Part shown: positions 26,731 through 33,906 of the stretch, piece after piece
Layout: every line of letters begins with the position of its first letter
How positions within the stretch are numbered: position 1 is the stretch's first letter
From: a candidate division WOR-3 bacterium
GTDB lineage: Bacteria > Hydrothermota > Tepidihabitantia > B3-TA06 > JALVRC01
Length of the DNA stretch: 38,516 nt
Direction of reading: 5' to 3'
NCBI GenBank assembly: GCA_027025255.1
Contig: JALVRC010000083.1
Span: forward strand, 1-38,516
The notes under the pieces: generated by a model
Told to the model about the DNA's origin: nothing
What the model saw: only the letters and a program-made list of their open reading frames with translations
The model's database searches: none
Translations under genes and position numbers: made by a program

Positions 26731-27710
26731 TAACCCTCCTTTAGTATTGTTTCTATTTCTTCCACATCTTTTTTTGAACCTATAAATAATGGAACTCTTT
26801 CATGTATGCTATTAGGGACAATGTCTAATATATCCGTTGTCCCGTTACTCCCTTTTCCTCCAGCCTCTTTAACTATATAGGACAATGGTCCTGCTTCATA
26901 GAGAAGTCTTAGTTTTCCTTTTGGGTTTTTGCTTGTTTGAGGATATAAAAATACACCTCCATAGACAAGGTTTCTATGAAAGTCTGCAACAAGGGATCCG
27001 ATATATCTTAATGAGTGAGTTCTTTCTTGTTTTATTTTGTTTATATATTTTTTTATTCCTTCAGGCCAGGTAGAATAATTGCCTTCATTTATACTGTATA
27101 TTTTTGATTTTTCTGGGATTTTTATATCTTTATGTGATAGTATGAATTCTCCTATTTCCGGATCCAGGGTGAAACCATGAACTCCATTGCCGGTTGTGTA
27201 TACAAACATAGTGCTTGAACCGTATATTATGTATCCAGCTGCTACCATATTTTTTGCAGGTTGTAGCAGGTCTTCTTTGCTACAGTGGTCTTCTTTAGAT
27301 GATTTTTTATATATGCCAAAAATAGTACCAATGCTTACATTTGCATCTATATTGGAGGAGCCGTCTAAAGGATCAAAGACCACTGCATATTTGCCAGTAG
27401 CTTGTTTGAGTATTAAAGCTTCTTCATCTTCTTCTGATGCCAATATACATGTATATCCCCCAATCTCAAGAACCTTTTTGAAAATATCATTCGCATACTC
27501 ATCAAGTTTCTTAACCTCTTCGCCCTGAATATTTACTTTTCCTGTTACTCCAAGTATATTTAAAATCCCGGCCTTATTTACTTTAGCAGCAATAACTTTT
27601 GATGCTACTGCTATATCAGTCATAAGATTGGTAAATTCACCTGTAGCCGAAGGATGTTTTCTTTCTTCTTCTATTATGTGTTTTGAAAGGGTTGAAAAAA
27701 GTCTATCCAT
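26730..27710 (-). CDS. fbp: Fructose-1,6-bisphosphatase class 1
   Basis: Signature DPLDGSSNID, EEDEE metal loop, GKLRLLYEAGPLSYIVKEAGG C-terminal motif. TAATG stop/start overlap with fba. Confidence 0.92.
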   Translation of the reverse strand: MDRLFSTLSKHIIEEERKHPSATGEFTNLMTDIAVASKVIAAKVNKAGILNILGVTGKVNIQGEEVKKLDEYANDIFKKVLEIGGYTCILASEEDEEALILKQATGKYAVVFDPLDGSSNIDANVSIGTIFGIYKKSSKEDHCSKEDLLQPAKNMVAAGYIIYGSSTMFVYTTGNGVHGFTLDPEIGEFILSHKDIKIPEKSKIYSINEGNYSTWPEGIKKYINKIKQERTHSLRYIGSLVADFHRNLVYGGVFLYPQTSKNPKGKLRLLYEAGPLSYIVKEAGGKGSNGTTDILDIVPNSIHERVPLFIGSKKDVEEIETILKEG

Positions 27711-27721
27711 ATATTTTTCTC

Positions 27722-28753
27722 CTATTTAATTATTATAACAGGGGTTTTTATCCCTACATATTTTTTTAACTCCAGAAGGTCCTTATTATGCATTCTTATA
27801 CATCCTTCACTTGCTCTGTTCCCAATACTTTTAGGGTCATGCGTTCCGTGTATGCCTATACCATACCATGATTTTCCAGAAAAGGTCGCATCTTTTAAGG
27901 TATACAGCCTGAGAAAATATGGGCCGTATGCCTTAATTGGTCCTTTCCCGTCTCCAAAATCATGCAGCCAATTTTTTGAATCTTGTACCTGAGATATGTA
28001 AAAAATACCTTCAGGGGTTCTTTTGTCGCCTACTTTTTGTTTATCTCCCGGATTAAGTCCTATGGCTATGTCAAATGTCTTAAACAGTTGATTATTTTTA
28101 TATAGAAATAGCTTGAACAGTGATTTTTTTATGACAATATGGTATTGTGTATTCTTATTTTTATTAAAGGAAGGGATGTAATCATATCCAAGAACAATGA
28201 TAATGTAAGGAATATCTATTGTTTTTAATATTGGTTCGGTCTTTAGAAAGGTTGTAATACGTCTTGTGAGTTCAAGGTATTTTTTAGAAGTGTACACCTG
28301 CGTTGAGAGAACTGTATCAAAATCAAAATTATCAACGGTAATATTGGAGATACCAAATTTATATTTGATTTTATTTGAAAGAGTTTTAGCCAATCCTTTT
28401 CTTTTGGTAGCATTTAGTATAAATATTTTAAGAAGAGTGTCATCTGTTTTGATTATATTGATACCAGCGTATAAGTGAGGAACTGTGAATGTATCATTTT
28501 TTATACTTATATCATTAAAAACATCTTTGATGTCTGCTCCCTTACTATTCATTGAGAGATGTAAATATGCATTTAACATGTATTTATATTCTCCATCTGT
28601 AGTTCTTATCTCGTACTTGTTTAACAGAGGAGAAAGATTTCTTTTCAGCGATACATTATCAATCCCAAACCCTGATATATTATTTACAACTATGAGTTCT
28701 TCTTTAATATTACAGAAGATTAGGGATAAAAGGCTAATACTTAGCAATCGCAT
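27722..28753 (-). CDS. L,D-transpeptidase (YkuD domain) with an N-terminal LytR_C-like region
   Basis: Catalytic motif GIGIHGTHDPKSIGNRASEGCIRMH. Upstream segment IFILNATKRKGLAKTLSNKI resembles LytR_C. Confidence 0.85.
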   Translation of the reverse strand: MRLLSISLLSLIFCNIKEELIVVNNISGFGIDNVSLKRNLSPLLNKYEIRTTDGEYKYMLNAYLHLSMNSKGADIKDVFNDISIKNDTFTVPHLYAGINIIKTDDTLLKIFILNATKRKGLAKTLSNKIKYKFGISNITVDNFDFDTVLSTQVYTSKKYLELTRRITTFLKTEPILKTIDIPYIIIVLGYDYIPSFNKNKNTQYHIVIKKSLFKLFLYKNNQLFKTFDIAIGLNPGDKQKVGDKRTPEGIFYISQVQDSKNWLHDFGDGKGPIKAYGPYFLRLYTLKDATFSGKSWYGIGIHGTHDPKSIGNRASEGCIRMHNKDLLELKKYVGIKTPVIIIK

Positions 28754-30605
28754 TTAACTTAGCCGTGGCTCGTTTAAGGTTATTTCTTGCCTTTACATGT
28801 TTAGGGTCCATTTCAAGCACCTTTTCCCAGTACGAGATAGCAAGTGTATAATTTTCATTGGTATACGCCATAAGCCCTTTAAAATACATATTCTCAATCT
28901 CTTTTTTACTGTACTTTTTGACGTTCTTTTTAGATATTTTGTTCAGGTATTCTTTGGCTTTTGAATTGTTAGGCTCAATCTTTAAAACAGTATTAAAATA
29001 TATAGATGCAGATTTGTAGTTTTTCTGGTTATATGCTGTTATCCCCTTGTTTAGGGTTACATCAATGTTTGTTTTATTTGATTTTTTATACTGGTTGATT
29101 TTCGTATTGATTTCTTCAAGCATAATTCCGTATTTTTTTGCTTTATATAGTTTATTAAGTGCAGCTGAGTAATTTCCTTTTTGTGCTAAAGTGACAGCAC
29201 TTTTTATAAGAGAGGAGACAATTTCTTTTCGTCTTTTGGAAATATTGTCCTTGAGTTTTTCTGCCTCTTTGTTATTAGGACTTTCTTTTAAAATATTATT
29301 GCATATTTTCAGTGCTTTATCGTATTGTTTGCTTGTAAAGTATTTATAGGCCTTTTCAATTTTCAATTTTATTTCCTCTGTTTCTTTCATGGAAAGGGCT
29401 ATTGCAGTACGTGAGAGCTCTATGTATTTGTTGACCTCTTTATTCTCAGGATAAATAGCCTTTGCTCGTTCAAGCTCGTACAGAGCATTGAAATAATCGT
29501 TATTGTTGTAGTATTGCTTAGCTCGATTCAGGTATTCGTTGAATTGAGCTGTTTTTATACGTGCCTTTATCTCGCCTAACTTCTCTGCTATTTCATTATT
29601 TTCAGGGTCCCAGATAGAAGCAATATCAAACATGTTTTCAGCAGTTTTTAAGTCCCCATTGTTCATAGCAGTTATGCCTTTGTTATAAAATATCTGGGCA
29701 GTTGCCTGTTCTTTTTCGTTTGTCTCTTTAACTATTGTTTGGGTTTTTTCAAAACCTTTAAGGTTAAATCTGTATCCTGCAGTTAGCATTATGAAGCCTG
29801 TAAGCAAGGATTGGGCATAAGAGATATCAGTATAGAACTTCCCTGTATTTATTCCAAGGCCTAACGAGGGCACAAGCGTTTTGTATGTATTGGTTTCATT
29901 CTTTACAAATGTTGCTTTCATTCCAGAGCGTAAAAATATTATATTAAGATAGGATATTTCAATTCCTCCTTTAAAAACTGACTCATGGTTCGTTAAATTT
30001 CTGTCATAAGAGATAAACAAGCTCGGTGTGTTGTTAAAAAGACTGTATTTTAGACCAAGGGATAATGTTAATGGTTGAGGAAAGGATATATTTATATGTT
30101 TTATTGGTGTACCAAGATGTAATAGAGAAAGTCCTATGGATAAATTGTTAAGAAGGCTGTATCTTAATCCAATATCGCAAAAAATTCCTCCTGCATTGTC
30201 ATTAAGTAATTTAGAAGAAAGAAGCCCGGTGTTTATTCCGAATGAAACATGCGAAAATGCTTTACTGTAGTTAAGAAGAATGGATGTATTTATAACATTA
30301 CCGTTGTTTATTATATTCCCCTGAGAGTCACGTAACTCAATGCCTGTTGAGTAGTATGAGGCAGGAAAGACATATATATTTCCCCATGTGAAATTAAAAC
30401 CTAAAAGTAGTGAGGAATAGCCAGCGTTTATAAATATCATTTGTGAAGCAGCTATTTCCGGGGTTGTAATATTAGCAGAAACAGCTGGATTAAAATAAAT
30501 GGAAGAAGAGGCATTGTCTGCGGTTAATGCCCCTCCCAGGCTTAATGTATATGCACTGGGAGGTATATACAGTACTCTTGCAATAGTAAATAACAGATTT
30601 ATCAT
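28734..30605 (-). CDS. PorV/PorQ-like outer-membrane beta-barrel fused to a long C-terminal TPR region
   Basis: N-terminal ~290 aa: YTLSLGGALTADNASSSIYFNPA... with an alternating beta-strand pattern, as in the 11319 gene's family. C-terminal ~330 aa: multiple TPR-like repeats (AQIFYNKGITAMNNGDLKTAENMFDIASIWDPENNEI..., YFKGLMAYTNENYTLAISYWEKVLEMDPKH). Confidence 0.6.
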   Translation of the reverse strand: MINLLFTIARVLYIPPSAYTLSLGGALTADNASSSIYFNPAVSANITTPEIAASQMIFINAGYSSLLLGFNFTWGNIYVFPASYYSTGIELRDSQGNIINNGNVINTSILLNYSKAFSHVSFGINTGLLSSKLLNDNAGGIFCDIGLRYSLLNNLSIGLSLLHLGTPIKHINISFPQPLTLSLGLKYSLFNNTPSLFISYDRNLTNHESVFKGGIEISYLNIIFLRSGMKATFVKNETNTYKTLVPSLGLGINTGKFYTDISYAQSLLTGFIMLTAGYRFNLKGFEKTQTIVKETNEKEQATAQIFYNKGITAMNNGDLKTAENMFDIASIWDPENNEIAEKLGEIKARIKTAQFNEYLNRAKQYYNNNDYFNALYELERAKAIYPENKEVNKYIELSRTAIALSMKETEEIKLKIEKAYKYFTSKQYDKALKICNNILKESPNNKEAEKLKDNISKRRKEIVSSLIKSAVTLAQKGNYSAALNKLYKAKKYGIMLEEINTKINQYKKSNKTNIDVTLNKGITAYNQKNYKSASIYFNTVLKIEPNNSKAKEYLNKISKKNVKKYSKKEIENMYFKGLMAYTNENYTLAISYWEKVLEMDPKHVKARNNLKRATAKLNAIAKY

Positions 30606-31909
30606 TTTATTATCACCTCACGTTTTAAAATTGTTTCATATATTCCGTCTTTTGCTTTTGCTATAATTTGAACATAATACATACCACTTTTAAGAGAGGA
30701 TATATCTATGGGTATTATATTGTCTCCTGAAAGATTATCCTTTTTTATGCTATATACAAGAGTACCATCTTCAGTAAAGAATTTTATTTCCACAGAAGCT
30801 TCTTCATTTAAAAGAACCCTTGAAAATATTTCTTCTTGGTTATTTTGTGTAGGTGTAGGTGTATATGGGTTAGGATATATGTATGTGTTTTTAGTATCAA
30901 TAATACCTTTGGTCGGGAGTATATTTACAAACAAACGTAAATTTTCCCTTTCATCCTCTGTATTATAAACAACAAGCAATATTTCAAGATTTCCGGGAGC
31001 AATGCCTTTTGGTAGATAGAGTATGTTAATTTCTCTTAAAGGCTCATCAGGGGTTACGGTAAGAGAATCTTTTATATCATCGTTCTGACGGAATTTTATA
31101 TTTATCTTTGTTATTGCAATGTCTAATATATCATCAAGAACTTTAACATTCAATCTAATTGTGTCTCCTATAAGGTATTTGGAACTGCCTACTGTGGCTT
31201 TTACCCATTGATACGTTCCTTTCTCACAATAAATACTCTCTGAAATCGGTTCACTTGTAATATTATTTTTACTTACAGCCCATAGAGTAACTGGATATGT
31301 TCCGGGTGCATTAAATCTGTAGATAAAACTGAATGAGGATAAAGTGTCATCTTCATTTTCGGGGATAGAAACGATAGTATCTCCTGCTATATCTGCAAAT
31401 ACCTTATCAGGTGAACATTGGGGCGAGGTATAGTAAACATTCCCCGATATTTCAAATTCTTCATTTACATAAACAGGATGAGGAATAATATTGAATTCAT
31501 AAATGTAGAGCTCACATTCTTGAGTGTCTTCGACAAAGTATGTAAAAACATAGCCGCTATCAAGGGGTTCTTGATCAATACTCCTTAGCCCATTTGATAT
31601 TAGAACTATTACAGTATCACCGTTTTTAAACGGTTCGTCAGGAGTAAATATTATCTTTTTGTTTTGATCTATCAGTTGTTTTTCCCCAGGTACAGGATTT
31701 TGGGTTAAGCTCGTAACAATAAAATTTAAATTAACAGTACTGGGATCTATAGATTTGTTGAATAGAACTTCAATTATTTGGTTATTAGGTATTATTGAGC
31801 TATCTTCCGGGATAGTTTCCTTAACATAGAATGCAAGATTTGCAGGGTTTAAGTTATTATTGGTCAAAATTCTTGAGCTAATAAGGTTTAATAAAATAAA
31901 ATATATCAT
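30602..31909 (-). CDS. Bacterial Ig-like (SbsA/Big_5-type) surface protein with T9SS C-terminal domain
   Basis: PEDSSIIPNNQIIEVLFNKSIDPSTVN...IIFTPDEPFKNGDTVIVLISNGLRS (Big_5-like). CTD YIYPNPYTP...LKSGMYYVQIIAKAKDGIYETILKREVIIK. AGGAGGTTA lies before the ATG. Confidence 0.65.
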   Translation of the reverse strand: MIYFILLNLISSRILTNNNLNPANLAFYVKETIPEDSSIIPNNQIIEVLFNKSIDPSTVNLNFIVTSLTQNPVPGEKQLIDQNKKIIFTPDEPFKNGDTVIVLISNGLRSIDQEPLDSGYVFTYFVEDTQECELYIYEFNIIPHPVYVNEEFEISGNVYYTSPQCSPDKVFADIAGDTIVSIPENEDDTLSSFSFIYRFNAPGTYPVTLWAVSKNNITSEPISESIYCEKGTYQWVKATVGSSKYLIGDTIRLNVKVLDDILDIAITKINIKFRQNDDIKDSLTVTPDEPLREINILYLPKGIAPGNLEILLVVYNTEDERENLRLFVNILPTKGIIDTKNTYIYPNPYTPTPTQNNQEEIFSRVLLNEEASVEIKFFTEDGTLVYSIKKDNLSGDNIIPIDISSLKSGMYYVQIIAKAKDGIYETILKREVIIK

Positions 31910-31934
31910 CTAACCTCCTTTTTATACCACATAA

Positions 31935-31962
31935 ATAATACACACATACATATATTTGTCAA
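31935..31962 (-). promoter_or_regulatory. Sigma-70-type promoter for the minus-strand gene string
   Basis: The minus strand reads TTGACA (31962-31957), 16-nt spacer, TATTAT (31940-31935), about 25 nt upstream of the ATG at 31909. Confidence 0.5.
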
Positions 31963-32248
31963 GAATTAAAAATGTATTTAATCAGTTAGTTATAAGGCAA
32001 TTGTTTACTTTTTTCTTTATTCTTCTCCCCTTTCTTCTGATGTTTATTTCCCCTCACGAAGGGAGGAAAAGAGTTAGGGGAGATGGGGGTACTTCCCACT
32101 ACTCAGATTTTAGATCTTAGTTGTTTTACAAGAGGGGGATAATGTTTCTTATTTCTATATTATGTTTTTTTTATGAGAAAGTTTTTTAGAAGGTATTGAG
32201 AATGTGTTGCGAAGGATTGACTTTAAAGTTTATTGTAGTATTTATCTC

Positions 32249-32276
32249 TTGACAATAAACAAATATTATATATAAT
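32249..32276 (+). promoter_or_regulatory. Sigma-70 consensus promoter (TTGACA-16 nt-TATAAT) for the FGE-domain gene
   Basis: TTGACA at 32249-32254, 16-nt spacer, TATAAT at 32271-32276. Confidence 0.6.
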
Positions 32277-32307
32277 AGTGATAAAAATAAAATTTTAAAA
32301 GCTAATA

Positions 32308-33420
32308 ATGGAGCTATGTATGAGAAAAAAATGTATACACTTTATAGAATTAACAGTTGTTTTTTTTCTATTTACATGCCAGAAGTCTGAGCCTCTGGGT
32401 TCGATATTGATAACAACCAGCCCTACAGGCGCAAAGGTGTATTTAGATGGCAAGGATACAGGGGAAAAGACAGACTGTACTCTTGAGAATGTATTAACAG
32501 TTAGTCATACAATAAAGTTAATGAAGGAAGGGTATGAGGATTATGAGACTACTGTGACGGTTGAGGTAGGGAAAGAGGTAGAGGTCTCAGCTACTTTATC
32601 CCTTCAAATAGCAGACATAGAATGGGTGCATGTCCCAGAGGGCTGGTTTAGTATGGGTTCAGAGGATAGTGATGCGAATAGTGATGAGAAACCTGTTCAT
32701 AGGGTATGTTTATCTGGATACTATATATCAAAGTATGAAATTGTCAATAAGCAGTACTGCAAGTTTCTAAATGCAATAAGAGATGAGATAACAACAAAGG
32801 AAAGCGGTTCAGGCGTAGATTTGTATTACAATGGTAATCCTATATACAATCTACCAATGAATGATGAATGGTATGACCAGATAGGGATGTTAGGAGATGC
32901 AGATTCCTTCTATGTGAAGTCAGGCAAAGAGAATTATCCAGTAATAGAGGTAACATGGTACGGAGCAAAGGCATTTTGTGAATCCTATGGCTGGAGATTG
33001 CCAACAGAGGCAGAGTGGGAGAAGGCAGCGAGGGGAACAGAGAAGAGAAAGTATCCCTGGGGCAACCAAGATCCATACTACAATGGGAAGTATTATGCGA
33101 ATTATGATCCAGGAGATTATGATTCAGATGGTTATAAATACACTGCACCAGTGGGTAGTTATCCGGATGGCATATCTCCTTATGGATGTTATGATATGGC
33201 AGGGGATGTATGCGAGTGGTGCAATGACTGGTATGATGAAGATTACTATTCTCAGAGCCCTGATTATAACCCGCAGGGACCGTCAACAGGTTCTTACCGT
33301 GTTAAGCGCGGTGGCAGCTGGTACTATTACGCAAGGAGCATTCGTTGTGCGTTTCGTAATGGTAGTACGCCGAGCCGGTTTGGCAACAAACTTGGCTTTC
33401 GTCCTGTTAAGGATGAGTAG
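32308..33420 (+). CDS. Lipoprotein with PEGA domain and FGE-sulfatase (SUMF1-like) domain, lacking the FGE catalytic cysteine pair
   Basis: Lipobox FLFT|C. The start may be the ATG at 32320 (MRKKC...). PEGA-like ILITTSPTGAKVYLDGKDTGEKT...IKLMKEGYEDYETTVTV. FGE-sulfatase motifs EWVHVPEGWFSMGS, PVHRVCLSGYYISKYEI, RLPTEAEWEKAARG, YPWGN, GDVCEWCNDWY. The C-terminal RVKRGGSWYYYARSIRCAFRNG...LGFR has no Cys at the positions of human FGE C336/C341. Confidence 0.85.
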   Translation: MELCMRKKCIHFIELTVVFFLFTCQKSEPLGSILITTSPTGAKVYLDGKDTGEKTDCTLENVLTVSHTIKLMKEGYEDYETTVTVEVGKEVEVSATLSLQIADIEWVHVPEGWFSMGSEDSDANSDEKPVHRVCLSGYYISKYEIVNKQYCKFLNAIRDEITTKESGSGVDLYYNGNPIYNLPMNDEWYDQIGMLGDADSFYVKSGKENYPVIEVTWYGAKAFCESYGWRLPTEAEWEKAARGTEKRKYPWGNQDPYYNGKYYANYDPGDYDSDGYKYTAPVGSYPDGISPYGCYDMAGDVCEWCNDWYDEDYYSQSPDYNPQGPSTGSYRVKRGGSWYYYARSIRCAFRNGSTPSRFGNKLGFRPVKDE

Positions 33421-33634
33421 TTATCCTAAAAGAAGTGAGAGGTAAGAACCCCTCAAAGGAAGGAGGGGAATATGGGAGAATGGAATATAAGAAGGTAAAA
33501 CATGCAGGTGAGAAGTGCCTCTTAAGTAAAAAAAGAGAGAAAACGTAGTATTCAGGCTTTTGTGTATGTGAAGGTTTTACGTATCCAGCATGGGTATTTC
33601 CCCTTTTCTCAATATTTTATCCAAAATTAATTAC

Positions 33635-33662
33635 TTGACATTCTAAAAAAAGTATGTAAAAT
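33635..33662 (+). promoter_or_regulatory. Sigma-70-type promoter for the ferredoxin minigene
   Basis: TTGACA at 33635-33640, 16-nt spacer, TAAAAT at 33657-33662. AAGGAGG (33681-33687) precedes the ATG at 33692. Confidence 0.5.
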
Positions 33663-33691
33663 AGTGTTTGACAATACAATAAGGAGGACGG

Positions 33692-33871
33692 ATGAAAATA
33701 GTCATAGATGATAATTGTATCGCATGTGGTGTCTGTGTAGATATATGCCCTGATGTATTTGAACTGGGTGATGATAAAGCATTGGTTATTGAGGGTGCTG
33801 ATACAAATGCAGATTGTGTTCAGGAAGCGATTGATTCCTGTCCTACACAGTCAATTTCAATAGAAGAATAA
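33692..33871 (+). CDS. fdx: Small (59 aa) single-cluster 4Fe-4S ferredoxin, Thermotoga/Pyrococcus type. Not in the supplied ORF track.
   Basis: My translation: MKIVIDDNCIACGVCVDICPDVFELGDDKALVIEGADTNADCVQEAIDSCPTQSISIEE*. It has CxxCxxCxxxCP plus a distal C...CP. It closely recalls Thermotoga maritima ferredoxin (…[23 protein letters not shown]…DSCPTGAISVEE). Strong SD and a flanking terminator. Confidence 0.85.
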   Translation: MKIVIDDNCIACGVCVDICPDVFELGDDKALVIEGADTNADCVQEAIDSCPTQSISIEE

Positions 33872-33877
33872 TATTCG

Positions 33878-33906
33878 GGAGAGAGCTTAAAGCTCTCTCC
33901 TTTTTT
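33878..33906 (+). terminator. Rho-independent terminator after the ferredoxin gene
   Basis: GGAGAGAGC-ttaaa-GCTCTCTCC perfect stem (33878-33900) followed by TTTTTT (33901-33906). Confidence 0.8.

Noticed and set aside
32040-32120. A 26-codon ORF (MFISPHEGRKRVRGDGGTSHYSDFRS*) in the divergent intergenic region
   Set aside because: There is no SD, and it coincides with the C-rich/G-rich hairpin arms. It is more parsimoniously noncoding structure.
32061-32148. G-runs (GGG, GGGG, GGGGG, GGGGG) as a potential G-quadruplex
   Set aside because: The runs are separated by loops that are too long or too irregular for a canonical G4. Duplex hairpin pairing with the upstream C-runs explains them better.
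32398-32404. GGTTCGA, a tRNA T-arm-like string
   Set aside because: No acceptor stem, D-arm or anticodon arm can be drawn around it. It lies in the signal-peptide-proximal coding region of the FGE-domain gene.
32840-33445. Two long overlapping ORFs (148 aa on the minus strand, 155 aa on the plus strand) inside the FGE-domain gene, considered as possible overprinted genes
   Set aside because: They are best explained by locally higher G+C reducing stop-codon frequency. Their translations are compositionally odd (His/Met/Arg runs) and lack SD sites. I treat them as evidence of the compositional anomaly, not as genes.
33472-33498. An 8-codon mini-ORF (MGEWNIRR*) 5 nt after AGGAGG in the FGE downstream flank, considered as a leader peptide
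   Set aside because: It is too short to evaluate, and the SD is part of the hairpin's 3' arm. There is no obvious downstream attenuator logic, because the next gene has its own promoter about 160 nt further on. It cannot be supported without conservation data.
33668-33673. A second TTGACA immediately upstream of the ferredoxin SD
   Set aside because: No -10-like hexamer follows at 16-18 nt; that position is the SD/start region. The upstream TTGACA-16-TAAAAT is the better promoter.
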